Below are positions 47,930 through 59,147 of a stretch of DNA of 64,000 bases, in pieces; the stretch's first letter is position 1; each line of letters starts with the position of its first letter. The DNA comes from Myxococcota bacterium (lineage in GTDB: Bacteria; Myxococcota_A; UBA9160; JAFDDA01), in the NCBI GenBank assembly GCA_965228475.1, contig OZ245817.1, forward strand, positions 96,001 to 160,000, in the 5' to 3' direction. The position numbers were made by a program, and so were the translations under genes. The notes beneath the pieces were generated by a model. The model was not told the origin of the DNA and searched no databases. It saw nothing but the letters and a program-made list of their open reading frames with translations.

Positions 47930-48511
47930 ATGAACACTCCCGCCCACGTCATCGCGAATCTCGTTCTCCAGACCGCGGAAGACCGGCGCGAGTGGACGGT
48001 GCCCGTGGTCTGGGGCGCATTGATCCCGGACCTGCCGATGCTGTTCTTCTTCCTCTGGGAGCGGCTCGTGCTCGGGACGCCCGACGCCGTCGTCTGGGGC
48101 GAGCGCTACTTCGCCGCCCACTGGCAGGACTTCTTCGACGTCTTCAACTCGATCCCGCTGGCGCTGCTCGGCCTGGCCGCGGCCTGGCGCTGGGGGACGC
48201 CCGCCGGGTGTGCGCTCTTCGTGAGCATGCTGCTCCACCACGCCCTCGATCTGCCGCTTCACAACGACGACGCTCACCGCCACTTCTGGCCGCTCTCGGA
48301 CTACCGCTTCGCGAGCCCGGTCTCGTACTGGGACCCGCGCTTCTTCGGCGCGTGGGCAGCGCTGGCGGAGACGGTGCTCGTCGCCGTGGGCGCGTTCGTT
48401 CTGCTGGGGCGTGGCTTTCGCGGCTTCGCGCGGGTGGCGCTGGTGGCGGCGCCGCTGCTCTACGCGGCGGTGTGGCTCGGGATCTACGGGTTCGGCCACT
48501 ACCCTTCCTGA
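47930..48511 (+). CDS. Membrane metal-dependent hydrolase-like protein
   Basis: MNTPAH, GALIPDLP, LHHALDLPLHNDDAHRHFWP, SPVSYWD. Confidence 0.7.
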   Translation: MNTPAHVIANLVLQTAEDRREWTVPVVWGALIPDLPMLFFFLWERLVLGTPDAVVWGERYFAAHWQDFFDVFNSIPLALLGLAAAWRWGTPAGCALFVSMLLHHALDLPLHNDDAHRHFWPLSDYRFASPVSYWDPRFFGAWAALAETVLVAVGAFVLLGRGFRGFARVALVAAPLLYAAVWLGIYGFGHYPS

Positions 48512-48792
48512 TAGGTCGTGTGGCTCGGCCGCCCGGCGAGGATGTTCTCCTTGCCCCAGTTCGTGACCTTCTTGAAGGCGTCCGACGCGATGAACGCGTC
48601 GAAGGCCCCCTGGTCGTTCCAGCGGGAAACGATCAGGTAGTCCGAGTTCGGGCCGCCGCCGACGCCCTTGTAGAGGCGCGAGGCGTCGTGCCCCTCGGCC
48701 GCCTCGATCGCCTCGAGCACGCGGGCGAAGGCGGCCTCGAACACGGACTCCTTGCCCGCGAGCACGTCGTAGTTCATTCCGATCGTCACCAT
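48499..48792 (-). CDS. ABM-family (heme-degrading-like) monooxygenase
   Basis: MVTIGMNYDVLAGKE..FE, YLIVSRW, F..VTNWGKENILAGRP. Confidence 0.8.
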   Translation of the reverse strand: MVTIGMNYDVLAGKESVFEAAFARVLEAIEAAEGHDASRLYKGVGGGPNSDYLIVSRWNDQGAFDAFIASDAFKKVTNWGKENILAGRPSHTTYQEG

Positions 48793-48808
48793 GGTCTCGT
48801 CTCTCCGC

Positions 48809-49819
48809 TCATCGTCCGGTGGCACCGTCGTCCGGCTTCGGGGCCCCGCGCGCACCGGCGAGCCGCTCGACGGTGCGCCGGACGCCCTCTTCCAGGCCGG
48901 TGAACCCGGCGTCGAACCCTTCGGCGCGCAGCCGGCTCATGCCGGCCTGGGTGAAGTACTGGTAGTTGTCGCGAATCGCCTCGGGGGTCGGCACCCAGTC
49001 GATCGCTTCCTCGCGGCCGAGCGCCGCGAAGACGGCGCGCACGAGGTCGCGAAAGCTCCGCGCCTGGCCGGTCCCGAGGTTGAAGATCCCGCGGCGAATG
49101 GGCGCCGCCAGGGCGAAGTGCAGCACGTCGATGACGTCGCCGACGAAGACGAAGTCGCGGCTCTGTTCGCCGTCGGCGACGCCTTCGCGATGGCTCTGGA
49201 AGAGCGTCACGCGGCCGCGTTCGGCGATCTGATCGAAGGCGTGCACGACGACGCTCGCCTGGCCGCCCTTGTGCCGCTCCCCGTAGCCGTAGACGTTGAA
49301 GAACTTGAAGCCGGCCCAGGCCGGGGGCGTCTTGCCCTCACGCTCCTGCTCGAGCACCCAGAGGTCGAACTCGAGCTTCGAGCGGCCGTAGGGGTTCAGG
49401 GGTTCGAGCTTCGGCGCGAGGCTCTCGTCGTCCTCGAAGCCGAAGCGGCCGTCGCCGTAGGTGGCGGCGCTGCTCGCATAGACCATCGGGATGCGGCGCT
49501 CGCAGGCGAACCGCCAGAGTTTCTTCGAGTATTCGACGTTGACCTCGGCGAGGTAGTCGAGCCGGGTCTCGGTCGTGCTGCTGCAGGCGCCGAGGTGGAC
49601 GATGGCGGCGATCTCCGGGGCGGCTTCGTCGAGCCAGCCGAACAGCTCCGTGCGATCGACGAGGGTGCCGAAGTCGAGGCCGCCGAGCTCGGTGCGCTGC
49701 TCGAAGTGCTCGCGGAGGTCGACGGAGACGACCGGCGTGCCGCGCTCGTTGCACGACTCGACGAACCGGGCGCCGATGAAGCCGGCCGCGCCGGTCACGA
49801 GCAGGGGAGCTGTCGACAT
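48809..49819 (-). CDS. hldD: ADP-L-glycero-D-manno-heptose 6-epimerase
   Basis: VTGAAGFIG, HLGACSSTTE, YASSAATYG, PLNPYGRSK, FFNVYG..E.HKG, YQYFTQA. Confidence 0.92.
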   Translation of the reverse strand: MSTAPLLVTGAAGFIGARFVESCNERGTPVVSVDLREHFEQRTELGGLDFGTLVDRTELFGWLDEAAPEIAAIVHLGACSSTTETRLDYLAEVNVEYSKKLWRFACERRIPMVYASSAATYGDGRFGFEDDESLAPKLEPLNPYGRSKLEFDLWVLEQEREGKTPPAWAGFKFFNVYGYGERHKGGQASVVVHAFDQIAERGRVTLFQSHREGVADGEQSRDFVFVGDVIDVLHFALAAPIRRGIFNLGTGQARSFRDLVRAVFAALGREEAIDWVPTPEAIRDNYQYFTQAGMSRLRAEGFDAGFTGLEEGVRRTVERLAGARGAPKPDDGATGR

Positions 49820-49870
49820 GGCCGCAAACTCTACCCCAGGCCGCCGGAGACGAGAGGTCCCGATGGCCGG

Positions 49871-50575
49871 CTAACGCAGGCGGAGGCGCCGCTCGCTCCA
49901 CGTCCCGGCACGGCCGCGGAAGATCAGCAGCCGGACCGACGTCGTGAGCGTGGCGGTGCCGGAGGAGAGGTTCAGGTTCTCGACGGTCTCGCCCACCCGG
50001 AGGGGGATCTCGAAGAACCCCCCGGAGAAGGGCGAGATGGCGAGCGCCCGGCGGTCGGTCACCGCCACGGCGAGGTTCGCGGAGACCCCGGTCTCGAGGA
50101 CCCGCTCGCGCGGGCCGAGGCTCGCCTCGAGCAGGTTGTTGCTGCCCCCGTCGAAGCCGAGCAGCCGGCGGTCCGTGGTGACGAGGGCGACCCGGTCGCC
50201 GAGCTCCGCGCCGTGGGGGCGTGATTCGCCGCGCAGGTAGCGGGCGCCCTGCCAGGCCCCCGACCGCACGCCGACGGCCAGCACGCGCTGGTCCGTCAGG
50301 ACGACCCCCACACGGCCCCGGTTGGCGCTGAAGAGCACCTGCTCCCGGAGGTTCAGCCGCTCCGGGGTCTCCCCTCCCCCTTCGGCGTCGATCGCCAGCA
50401 GCTCGCGGGAGGTCACGACCACCGTCAGGAGGTCTTCGAGGGGGAAGTCGCCGTAGAAGCGGGCGGAGGCGGGCGGGGCCACCAGCAGGGCGGCCAGGAG
50501 CAGCCCTGCAGCCCGGGCGCTGCAGCTCCGACGCTGCAGGTGAAGCCCTGCGCCTGCGTTTCGGGGCCCGCTCAT
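49871..50575 (-). CDS. Secreted hypothetical protein with internal beta repeats
   Basis: Repeating VxTDxRxL units (VLTDQRVL, VTTDRRLL, AVTDRRAL, TTSVRLL); signal-like segment; start uncertain. Confidence 0.6.
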   Translation of the reverse strand: MSGPRNAGAGLHLQRRSCSARAAGLLLAALLVAPPASARFYGDFPLEDLLTVVVTSRELLAIDAEGGGETPERLNLREQVLFSANRGRVGVVLTDQRVLAVGVRSGAWQGARYLRGESRPHGAELGDRVALVTTDRRLLGFDGGSNNLLEASLGPRERVLETGVSANLAVAVTDRRALAISPFSGGFFEIPLRVGETVENLNLSSGTATLTTSVRLLIFRGRAGTWSERRLRLR

Positions 50576-50582
50576 GACCCTC

Positions 50583-50629
50583 TAAGTAGCTGATTTTGCT
50601 TGATTCCGCTTTTCGGCATGGCCCTTGCT
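50583..50629 (+). promoter_or_regulatory. Sigma54 -24/-12 promoter with adjacent IHF-like site
   Basis: CGGCATGGCCCTTGCT (GG 50615-16, N10, GC 50627-28); reverse-strand AATCAGCTACTTA (50583-50595) fits WATCARnnnnTTR. Confidence 0.7.
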
Positions 50630-50682
50630 CTATCCGGGGGCAGGCGGCCCTTCGCGGGCCGCGCCGCCCGGAGGAGACACCC

Positions 50683-51624
50683 TTGGAGACGACCCACGAC
50701 GCCTATGAATTCGACCGCGAGGAGCGCCGGGAGCGCCACCGAGCCAAGCGCGAAGATTGCCGGGCGCAGCGCCGCGAACGCCGCGCGCGCCGCCGGGCCG
50801 CCCGCCGCACGGACGAGCGGGTCCGCTTCGCCGATCAGATCCTGCGCTACGTGCTCGTGACCACCCTGCTGGTCGTGCTGGTCCGGCCGATCGGCGTGAT
50901 CGTCGGCCTCGTCTGGGGCTTCAAGCTGGTCCGGCGGGCCTACCGGTTCGACGTCGAGCCGAAGCTTCGCCGCCGCGTCATGCGCAAGGAGCTCCGCCGC
51001 GCGCGCCGCGGGCCCGAGGGCCGGGCTGCCACGCGCGAGGAACGGCTCGCCGAGCGGATGGGCGACGACCCGGACGGCCGCGACTCCCGCGACTGGGCGC
51101 GCGGCGCCCTCGCCGAGCTCGACGAAGCGGAGGCGCCGACCGGCCGCGAGCGGGCGACGCGCGTCTCCGACCTCGTGGACGAGGTGGTCGATGCCTTCGA
51201 GGCCCGGGCCGATCGCAGCGGCGTGAGCTTCCGCGTCGACATCGACGCCGAGGGGCGCGTCCACGCGGACCCGGAACGCCTGCGCGCCCTGCTGCTCGAC
51301 CTCGTCGGAGAATCCGTGCGCGCGCTCTCCCGGGAAGGCGCCCAGGGCCCGGCTCGCATCCACGTCGAGATGGGCGAGAACCTGGCGGGCTCCGAAGTCT
51401 GGGTCCGCATCCGCGACGACCGCGCGGGCGCGGGCGACGGCGCACGGGGTGCCTGGGGCTCGCGGCCCGTCGCCGGGGTCGCCGGCGCGATGCTCGAAAC
51501 CCAGGCGAGCCCGGACGAGGGCGTCGAGCGTGTGCTCACCCTGCAGAAGCAGCCCGCGGGCCTCGCGACGGGTCGCGACGAAACCGAACGCAACGGCGAA
51601 CGCAACGGACCGGACGCGGCCTAG
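50683..51624 (+). CDS. Membrane-anchored degenerate histidine kinase (pseudokinase)
   Basis: GAGGAG RBS + TTG; Arg-rich N-terminus, TM hairpin, HATPase-like remnants (ADPERLRALLLDLV, VWVRIRDD); no H-box, N-box Asn or G boxes. Confidence 0.65.
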   Translation: METTHDAYEFDREERRERHRAKREDCRAQRRERRARRRAARRTDERVRFADQILRYVLVTTLLVVLVRPIGVIVGLVWGFKLVRRAYRFDVEPKLRRRVMRKELRRARRGPEGRAATREERLAERMGDDPDGRDSRDWARGALAELDEAEAPTGRERATRVSDLVDEVVDAFEARADRSGVSFRVDIDAEGRVHADPERLRALLLDLVGESVRALSREGAQGPARIHVEMGENLAGSEVWVRIRDDRAGAGDGARGAWGSRPVAGVAGAMLETQASPDEGVERVLTLQKQPAGLATGRDETERNGERNGPDAA

Positions 51625-51666
51625 GCCGCGCAACGCGCCGCGCCCTGCGGCGCGAGGAGAACCGAG

Positions 51667-53067
<1,401 letters not shown>

Positions 53068-53087
53068 CCAGAAGGAGGCAACAGACC

Positions 53088-53843
53088 ATGTCGAACCATC
53101 AACCCCGAGGTTTCTTCGCCCGCTTCAAGGCCCTCCTCCGTGGCACCTTCGGTGTCTGGGTGCGGGACAAGGAGCGGGAGAACCCCCAGGCCGTCTACGA
53201 ACAGGCGATCCAGGAGCGCACGCGCCAGTACCGGGATCTGAAGGGCGCCGTCGCGGGGATCCTCTACATGCGCAACAAGATCCAGGCGGATCTCGCCGAG
53301 CGGCGCGCCGAGGTGACCCAGCTTCGCGAAGACATCCGCCGCAGCGTCGAGCGCGGCGAGGACGATCTGGCGCTCGCGCTGATCGGCCAGCGCCAGGCCG
53401 TCGACGAGGAGATCGAGCGCGCGGAAGAGGAGCTGAAGGCGGTGCACCACGAGGCCAGCGAGGCCAAGGGCAACCTGCAGCGCTTCCGTGAGGAGATCCG
53501 CAGCCTCGAGCGCGAGAAGGTGCGCACGCTCGCGACCCTCGCCAACGCGCGCGCGCGGCGCCGCATCCAGGAGGCCTTCGAGGGGCTCTCGGTCGAGGCC
53601 GACATGCGGGCCCTCGAGGGCGTCCGCGAGTACGTGGCGCGGATGTCGACGGAGGGCCGCCTGACCCAGGAGCTCGAGGAGGACGGCGACATGCGGCGGC
53701 GCGTGAAGGAGATCCGGCGCGAGGCGACGACCGAGGCGCACCGCGCCGAGCTCGAAGCGCTCAAGCGCAAGCTCCGCCCCGAGCTCCCGGCCGGAACGGG
53801 AACGCCGATCCCGGTGGAGGAGCGCCAGGCCGTCCTGGCCTAG
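53088..53843 (+). CDS. pspA: PspA/IM30 family protein
   Basis: Amphipathic N-terminal GFFARFKALLRG, ENPQAVYEQAI, GEDDLALALI, coiled coil, ELEALK; AAGGAGG RBS. Confidence 0.85.
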   Translation: MSNHQPRGFFARFKALLRGTFGVWVRDKERENPQAVYEQAIQERTRQYRDLKGAVAGILYMRNKIQADLAERRAEVTQLREDIRRSVERGEDDLALALIGQRQAVDEEIERAEEELKAVHHEASEAKGNLQRFREEIRSLEREKVRTLATLANARARRRIQEAFEGLSVEADMRALEGVREYVARMSTEGRLTQELEEDGDMRRRVKEIRREATTEAHRAELEALKRKLRPELPAGTGTPIPVEERQAVLA

Positions 53844-53850
53844 CCATCGG

Positions 53851-53883
53851 GTCCTGCCGAGGGGGTCATCCCCTCGGCAGGAC
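53851..53883. terminator. Perfect 14-bp hairpin between convergent genes
   Basis: gtcctgccgagggg-gtcat-cccctcggcaggac. Confidence 0.75.
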
Positions 53884-56138
53884 TACTTCTCTTCGAAGGC
53901 GTAGATGCCGTCCCAGGTGGGCGGCGGATCCTTGCGCAGCCGCTCGATGCGCTCGAGCATGAGCTCGCAGGCCACGTCCTCGCCGCCGCGAAGCTCGAGG
54001 CAGCGGCGGAAGGCGGCCTCCGCCTCGTCCCAGCGCCCGGCCTTGTAGGCCGACAGGCCCTCGCCGTAGGCGTCGAGCCAGGCCCGCTGCTCCGGCGTCG
54101 CCTCGCCGCGCACGAGGATCTCGAACAGCCGCACGCCCTCCGTCTTGCCCTTCACCTTGATCTCGTCGAGCTCGCGGACGAGGAAGCCCTCGGGCAGGCG
54201 GTCGACGAGATCGCCGCTCGCGAGCACGCCGGCGCCGTACTTCTTGGTGAGGGATTCGATCCGGGCGCAGAGGTTCACGCCGTCGCCGATCACGGTGTAG
54301 TCGACGCGGCGCACGCTCCCCATGTTGCCGACCGAGACCTCGGCGCTGTGGATGCCGATGCCGATCTTCAGGCGATCCATCCCGGGCACCTTGCCGCCGA
54401 GCGTCTCGCGCAGCCGCGCGGTCTCCACCTGCATGGCGAGTGCGGCTTCCGCGGCCACGAGCGGGTGGTTCTCGACGGGCAGCGGCGCTCCCCAGAACGC
54501 CATGACCGCGTCGCCGATGTATTTGTCGAGGGTGCCGCCGCCCTTGAAGACGATCTCGGTCATCGGCGTCAGGTATTCCTGGAGCATGGTCACGACGTTC
54601 TCGGCGCCGATCTCCTCGCTGATGGTCGTGAAGCTCCGGATGTCGCTGAAGAGGATCGAGAGGTCGCGGCGCTCGCCGCCGAGCTGGAACGCGTCCGGCG
54701 TCTCCGTCATCTGTTCGACCACGTCCGGCGAGACGTAGGTCGCGAACTGTTTGCGGATCTGCCGGCTCTTCGCTTCGACCGTCATGCTCTGGCTGAGCGC
54801 GACGGCGAGGTAGGTGGAGAGAACCGTCATGCCTGGGTAGGCGAGGTTGACCCACCAGTAGCGTTCGACGAAGACGTAGAGGCAGAAGCCGACGATTCCG
54901 GCGAGCAGCACCAGGCTGAACACCGCGCCGACCGCCGCGCCGCCCATGCGCGGCGCGAGTAGGGCGATCAGCAGCCCCGCGGCGAGCATCATGAAGACTT
55001 CGAGCACCTCGAAGTCCCCGCTCTTGCGCAGCACCTCCCCGGTCAGGAGGTTGTCGACGATGGTGGTGTGGACCTCGACCCCGGGGAACGCCGCGGAGAA
55101 CGGGCTGCCGTAGACGTCCTGGATGCCGACCTCGGTCGGGCCGACCACGACGATGGCGCCCTTCCCGCGCAGCTCCTCGTCGTGCTTGCCCGCCAGGATG
55201 TCGACGATCGAGAGGTGCGGGAAGGTGCGGGTCGGTCCGCGGTAGTTCACGAGGATCTGTCCGCCCGAATCGCTCGCGATCATCTTGTCGCCGAGCCGGA
55301 ACTGCTCGATCCCCGGGGCCTCGCTCTCGACGAAGCCGATCGCCTCGGCCTGGGTGCCGAGAGCGAGCTCCGCGATGGCGAGATCGAGGCTCACGAAGAG
55401 CTCCTCGGCGCAGCGGATCACGAGCGAGGAGCGGCGCACCACGCCGTCGATGTCGGTGTAGGTCGAGAAGAAGCCCATGCGCCGGGGCGCGCGGTGGAAG
55501 CGCTCGATGTTCGGCTCGACGTCCACGCAGGTGAGGAAGGGGGTCTCGTCCTCGCGCACGACGCGCGTCTTCACCTTCAGCTTGCTGCGCTTCACGAGGG
55601 GGAGGTCGCGTTCGAGGTTGATCTCGCTCCCGCCGTCGAGCTCGGAATCCCGCTCCGTGCGGAAGAAGTACCCCATGGTCACGATGTCCCGGGCGCCGCG
55701 GATGGCGGCCTCGAGCTGGTCGTCGGTGCTCGCGCGCTCGATCGCCTCGTCCACCATGGAGAGTGCGGGGCCGCCGCCGCCGAGCTTCGCCAGGCCGTCT
55801 CGTGCCTCGCGGAGCGGCAGCAGCTCCGGCGGCTCCTCCGGTTCGCTGAACACGATGTCGAGCCCGATCGAGGAGGCGCCGAGCTCCTGGAGCTTCGTGA
55901 TGAGGTCCGCCATCACGGAGCGGCGCCAGGGCCAGCGCCCGAGCTCGTCCACGCTCTTCGCGTCGATGGCGGCGATGTAGATCGGGTACTGCGGCTCGAT
56001 GGGGCCCCGCACGCGGAACCGCGTGTCGAGCAGCATGGCCTCGAAGCGCCGCATCGGAGCCGGGTCCGCGGCCTTCAGGGCGAGCATGAGGAGCAGGGCG
56101 GCGAGCCCCGCCAGGGTGATGCGGACGCTCGGGCTCAT
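53883..56138 (-). CDS. CHASE2-domain adenylate cyclase
   Basis: IDAKS..LGRWPWRR, DIVFSEP, FPGVEVH, 3 TM, FSDIRSFT, DKYIGDA, YTVIGDGVNLCARIE, C-terminal TPR-like helix pair. Confidence 0.95.
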   Translation of the reverse strand: MSPSVRITLAGLAALLLMLALKAADPAPMRRFEAMLLDTRFRVRGPIEPQYPIYIAAIDAKSVDELGRWPWRRSVMADLITKLQELGASSIGLDIVFSEPEEPPELLPLREARDGLAKLGGGGPALSMVDEAIERASTDDQLEAAIRGARDIVTMGYFFRTERDSELDGGSEINLERDLPLVKRSKLKVKTRVVREDETPFLTCVDVEPNIERFHRAPRRMGFFSTYTDIDGVVRRSSLVIRCAEELFVSLDLAIAELALGTQAEAIGFVESEAPGIEQFRLGDKMIASDSGGQILVNYRGPTRTFPHLSIVDILAGKHDEELRGKGAIVVVGPTEVGIQDVYGSPFSAAFPGVEVHTTIVDNLLTGEVLRKSGDFEVLEVFMMLAAGLLIALLAPRMGGAAVGAVFSLVLLAGIVGFCLYVFVERYWWVNLAYPGMTVLSTYLAVALSQSMTVEAKSRQIRKQFATYVSPDVVEQMTETPDAFQLGGERRDLSILFSDIRSFTTISEEIGAENVVTMLQEYLTPMTEIVFKGGGTLDKYIGDAVMAFWGAPLPVENHPLVAAEAALAMQVETARLRETLGGKVPGMDRLKIGIGIHSAEVSVGNMGSVRRVDYTVIGDGVNLCARIESLTKKYGAGVLASGDLVDRLPEGFLVRELDEIKVKGKTEGVRLFEILVRGEATPEQRAWLDAYGEGLSAYKAGRWDEAEAAFRRCLELRGGEDVACELMLERIERLRKDPPPTWDGIYAFEEK

Positions 56139-56263
56139 GGCGACGGGGCTCCTCGGGTCATGGAAGACCTCGGCTCATGGGGAAGGATTCTCCGCAAAAG
56201 AAAGGCCCGCGCCAACCCCGAAGGGTGGGCGCGGGCCGAAGCTTCGCCGGAAGCGGAACCGGG

Positions 56264-57133
56264 CTAGAAGATGCCCGTGTTCATTTCCTGGGTGGGCGGG
56301 TCCATGGTCGGCGGCTGCATCATCGGAGGCGGCATCACCGGCGGCGTGGTCGTGCCCGGGCCGACGTCGGTCGGGGGCGGGTTCCCGCCCGGCGGGTCGA
56401 TGTCGATGTCGGGGCCACCCGGGCCGGCACCGACGTCCGGGCCCACCGGCGTGATGAAGTCCGGCTGGGTGAAGTTCGGCGTGGTGAAGGCCACGGAGAA
56501 CGGGTTCGCCGGGTTCACGAGCTGCTCACTGACCGCGCCCGTATCGCCGTAGGTGTAGACGCAGTTGCCAGGGGCCGGGATGCCGACGCCGTTGGCCGCG
56601 CGCACCGTGATCTTCCCGTCCACCAGGCAGAAGAGCCACTGACCCTTCTCCTTGTCGTTGCCCGTGATGCGGGATTCGGTGTCGAGCTCGGAGGTGAAGT
56701 CCGTGCCCTTCACGCCGACGACGGCCGTCGGGGTGTGGACCTCCATCCGGGTCTGCCCGCCGAAGGCCGAGCCCACCACCGTGCGCAGGCGGCCGCGCGT
56801 CTGGCGGATGATCGAGCGGTCGCGCGTGGCGGCCGTCCCGACGTGGAGGCTCTGGATCGTGATCTCGGTGTCTTCGTCGATCGAGAGCGTCGTGTCGTCG
56901 GCGAGGATGATCTTCGCCAGCGAGTCGAAGCCCGTCTTGATCGTGTCACCGACCGCGATCTCCGAGTCCTGGACGGCGACCTTGAAGGTCTGGGTGCCGC
57001 GTTCCTGGACCTGGACGTCGCCCGTGGCGACCGCAATGAAACCGACCGACTCGGCCGAGGCCGTACCCGCCGCGGCGAAGATCACCGTCGCGAGAGCCGA
57101 GAGCGCGAACGCGCTTGCCTTGGAAACCATCAT
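56264..57133 (-). CDS. FecR-domain periplasmic protein with Pro-rich tail
   Basis: Signal peptide; GDTIKTG, DDTTLSI, VHTPTAVVGVKGTDF. Confidence 0.85.
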   Translation of the reverse strand: MMVSKASAFALSALATVIFAAAGTASAESVGFIAVATGDVQVQERGTQTFKVAVQDSEIAVGDTIKTGFDSLAKIILADDTTLSIDEDTEITIQSLHVGTAATRDRSIIRQTRGRLRTVVGSAFGGQTRMEVHTPTAVVGVKGTDFTSELDTESRITGNDKEKGQWLFCLVDGKITVRAANGVGIPAPGNCVYTYGDTGAVSEQLVNPANPFSVAFTTPNFTQPDFITPVGPDVGAGPGGPDIDIDPPGGNPPPTDVGPGTTTPPVMPPPMMQPPTMDPPTQEMNTGIF

Positions 57134-57179
57134 GTTGAACTCCTTCCAACGGCGGGGCCGGCCTTGGGGGGAACCGACC

Positions 57180-58874
57180 CTAACGCCTGAAAGTGGCAGC
57201 AAAACCGACGATGTGTCGGTCGAAATCGAATTCCTGGGTCTGGGATTCCCAGTCCACCCAGCGGTAGAAGGTCTCGAGCGTCACGTGGTTGCCGATGTTC
57301 TTCCGCAGCCTGACGCGTGCTTGCGTAATGCGGTCGAGACGCGAGTTGGTGTTGCAAGTGCCCAGATTCTCGAAGAACGGCGTACCCGTGCTCGGGTCCG
57401 CGAAGACGATCTGGCACTCGCCCGCGGTGCCGTTGCCGTTGAAGACCGGGGCGGCGCGGACGGCCCCTTCGCCGGATGCCTCCCGGAAGGCCTCGAAGAA
57501 GCTCTCCCGTGCGTAGGCCCTGCGCTCCCAGGACGCATCCACCGAGATGTCCATGTCCCAGGGCAGGGAGAAGCCGATCGTGGCGAGCGGCTTGTGGCTC
57601 CGCGAATCGAAGTGGTGCCCGTCGGAGGCCTCGACCCGGTACCGGTAGCCGAGGCGCAGGTACGCCAGCCCCTCGGAGAACGGGTTCGGGATGGGGAAGT
57701 ACTGGTCGATGCCCAGCCGGCGCACCTGGCCGTCGCGGTCCCGCGTCGGGATCGACTCGAAGGCGTCCAGGTAGTTGCGGTCTTCCCACTCGCCGAAGAT
57801 CCGCGTCAGGTAGCCCTTGGCGGGCATGATGCGGATGGCCGGCTGAACGAAGTTCGCGGCCTTGAAGCTGTGGTAGTTGCGCCAGACGCGCTCGTGGGTG
57901 AGCCGCACGTCGAAGGCGAGCTGCTGGAGCGGCTGGTAGGAGAGCGACGTCCAGGGCCGGATCTGCTGGATGTCGAACGAGTGCTCCTTGTTGTGATAGG
58001 AGACGTAGCCCGTGAAACCCGTGCGCAGGGACAGGCCGTTCCATTCGAATACGCGCGCGTTGAGACCGGTCTCGAGCACGGCGCGGTAGCCGTCGACGCT
58101 GCTCTGGTCGACCTGATCGTCCGCGCCCGCGATGGTGAGGTTCGAGTCGTAGGCCGCGCCGAGCCGGGCCCAGAGCGAGATGCGCTGCGGCTGGCGCTTG
58201 CGCAGCTCCTGCAGGTAGCGCTCGGCCGAGCGCGCGAGCTCGGAATCCGGGTCGATCTCGCGCACCTCTTCGAAGAAGCGCTCGGCGTCGCGGAGTTCGC
58301 TGCGCTGCAGGTGGAGCAGCCCCAGCCGATAGGCGGCCGGGCCCTGGAACTCCGGATCGAGGCGGGCGGCCTCCTGGAGCTCGATCTCCGCGTTCTGATC
58401 CTCGCCCAGCTCCTGGTAGGCGCGGCCGAGGTAGAGGCGCACGCGGGCGTCCTGCGGCGCCGCCGCGCGCGCGGCTTCGAGGTGTCCGCGCGCGGCGATC
58501 CAGTCCTGCTGGCGGTAGGCGGTCAGCGCGAGGAGGAAGTGGACGTCCGGGTCGTTCGGGTTGCTGCGCCGCAGCCGCTGCGTGACCTGCTCGGCTTCCG
58601 CCGGCCGGCCCGATTCCAGCAGGGCGCGGGCGTAGAGCGCCAGGGTCTCGGGGTGATCCGGGCGAAGCTGCAGCGACTCGTAGAGCTTGAGGAGCGCCGC
58701 CTCCGTGTCGCCGGTGCGCAGGGCGTGAGCGCCCCGCTGCTGGAGGATCTCGGCGCGAGCCGCATCGTCCAAGGCCGCGCTGGCCGGGCCCGCGGCCAAC
58801 AGCGTGGCTGCAACCAGGGCCGAGAAACCAGCGACAATTCGACGTTCTTTACCCAGCAGCCGGGTGAATCCCAT
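57180..58874 (-). CDS. TPR + outer-membrane beta-barrel protein
   Basis: Signal peptide, several TPRs, barrel start LGAAYDSN, alternating amphipathic strands, C-terminal HIVGFAATFRR. Confidence 0.75.
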   Translation of the reverse strand: MGFTRLLGKERRIVAGFSALVAATLLAAGPASAALDDAARAEILQQRGAHALRTGDTEAALLKLYESLQLRPDHPETLALYARALLESGRPAEAEQVTQRLRRSNPNDPDVHFLLALTAYRQQDWIAARGHLEAARAAAPQDARVRLYLGRAYQELGEDQNAEIELQEAARLDPEFQGPAAYRLGLLHLQRSELRDAERFFEEVREIDPDSELARSAERYLQELRKRQPQRISLWARLGAAYDSNLTIAGADDQVDQSSVDGYRAVLETGLNARVFEWNGLSLRTGFTGYVSYHNKEHSFDIQQIRPWTSLSYQPLQQLAFDVRLTHERVWRNYHSFKAANFVQPAIRIMPAKGYLTRIFGEWEDRNYLDAFESIPTRDRDGQVRRLGIDQYFPIPNPFSEGLAYLRLGYRYRVEASDGHHFDSRSHKPLATIGFSLPWDMDISVDASWERRAYARESFFEAFREASGEGAVRAAPVFNGNGTAGECQIVFADPSTGTPFFENLGTCNTNSRLDRITQARVRLRKNIGNHVTLETFYRWVDWESQTQEFDFDRHIVGFAATFRR

Positions 58875-59147
58875 GGGGCTCGTGCCTCGCATCTAGAGTG
58901 AGTGCTCGCGACCGGGCCACGCGTTGCGGTCCGGGCGCATTCAAACCGAATTGCAGGCCCCGATCCTATCACCTGCCCCGCCCTGCGGGGTAGGGGGCGA
59001 GGAATCGCCCTGAAATGGGTCCTTTTGGACACGATCCGCTCTTTGAAGTTTTCCACGCGATTTTCGGCCTCGGCCGACCACTGACTCACGAAAGACGACC
59101 CCCGCGGGCACGAGGCCCGCGCCAGGGGGCACTAACGAGCAGTACCG

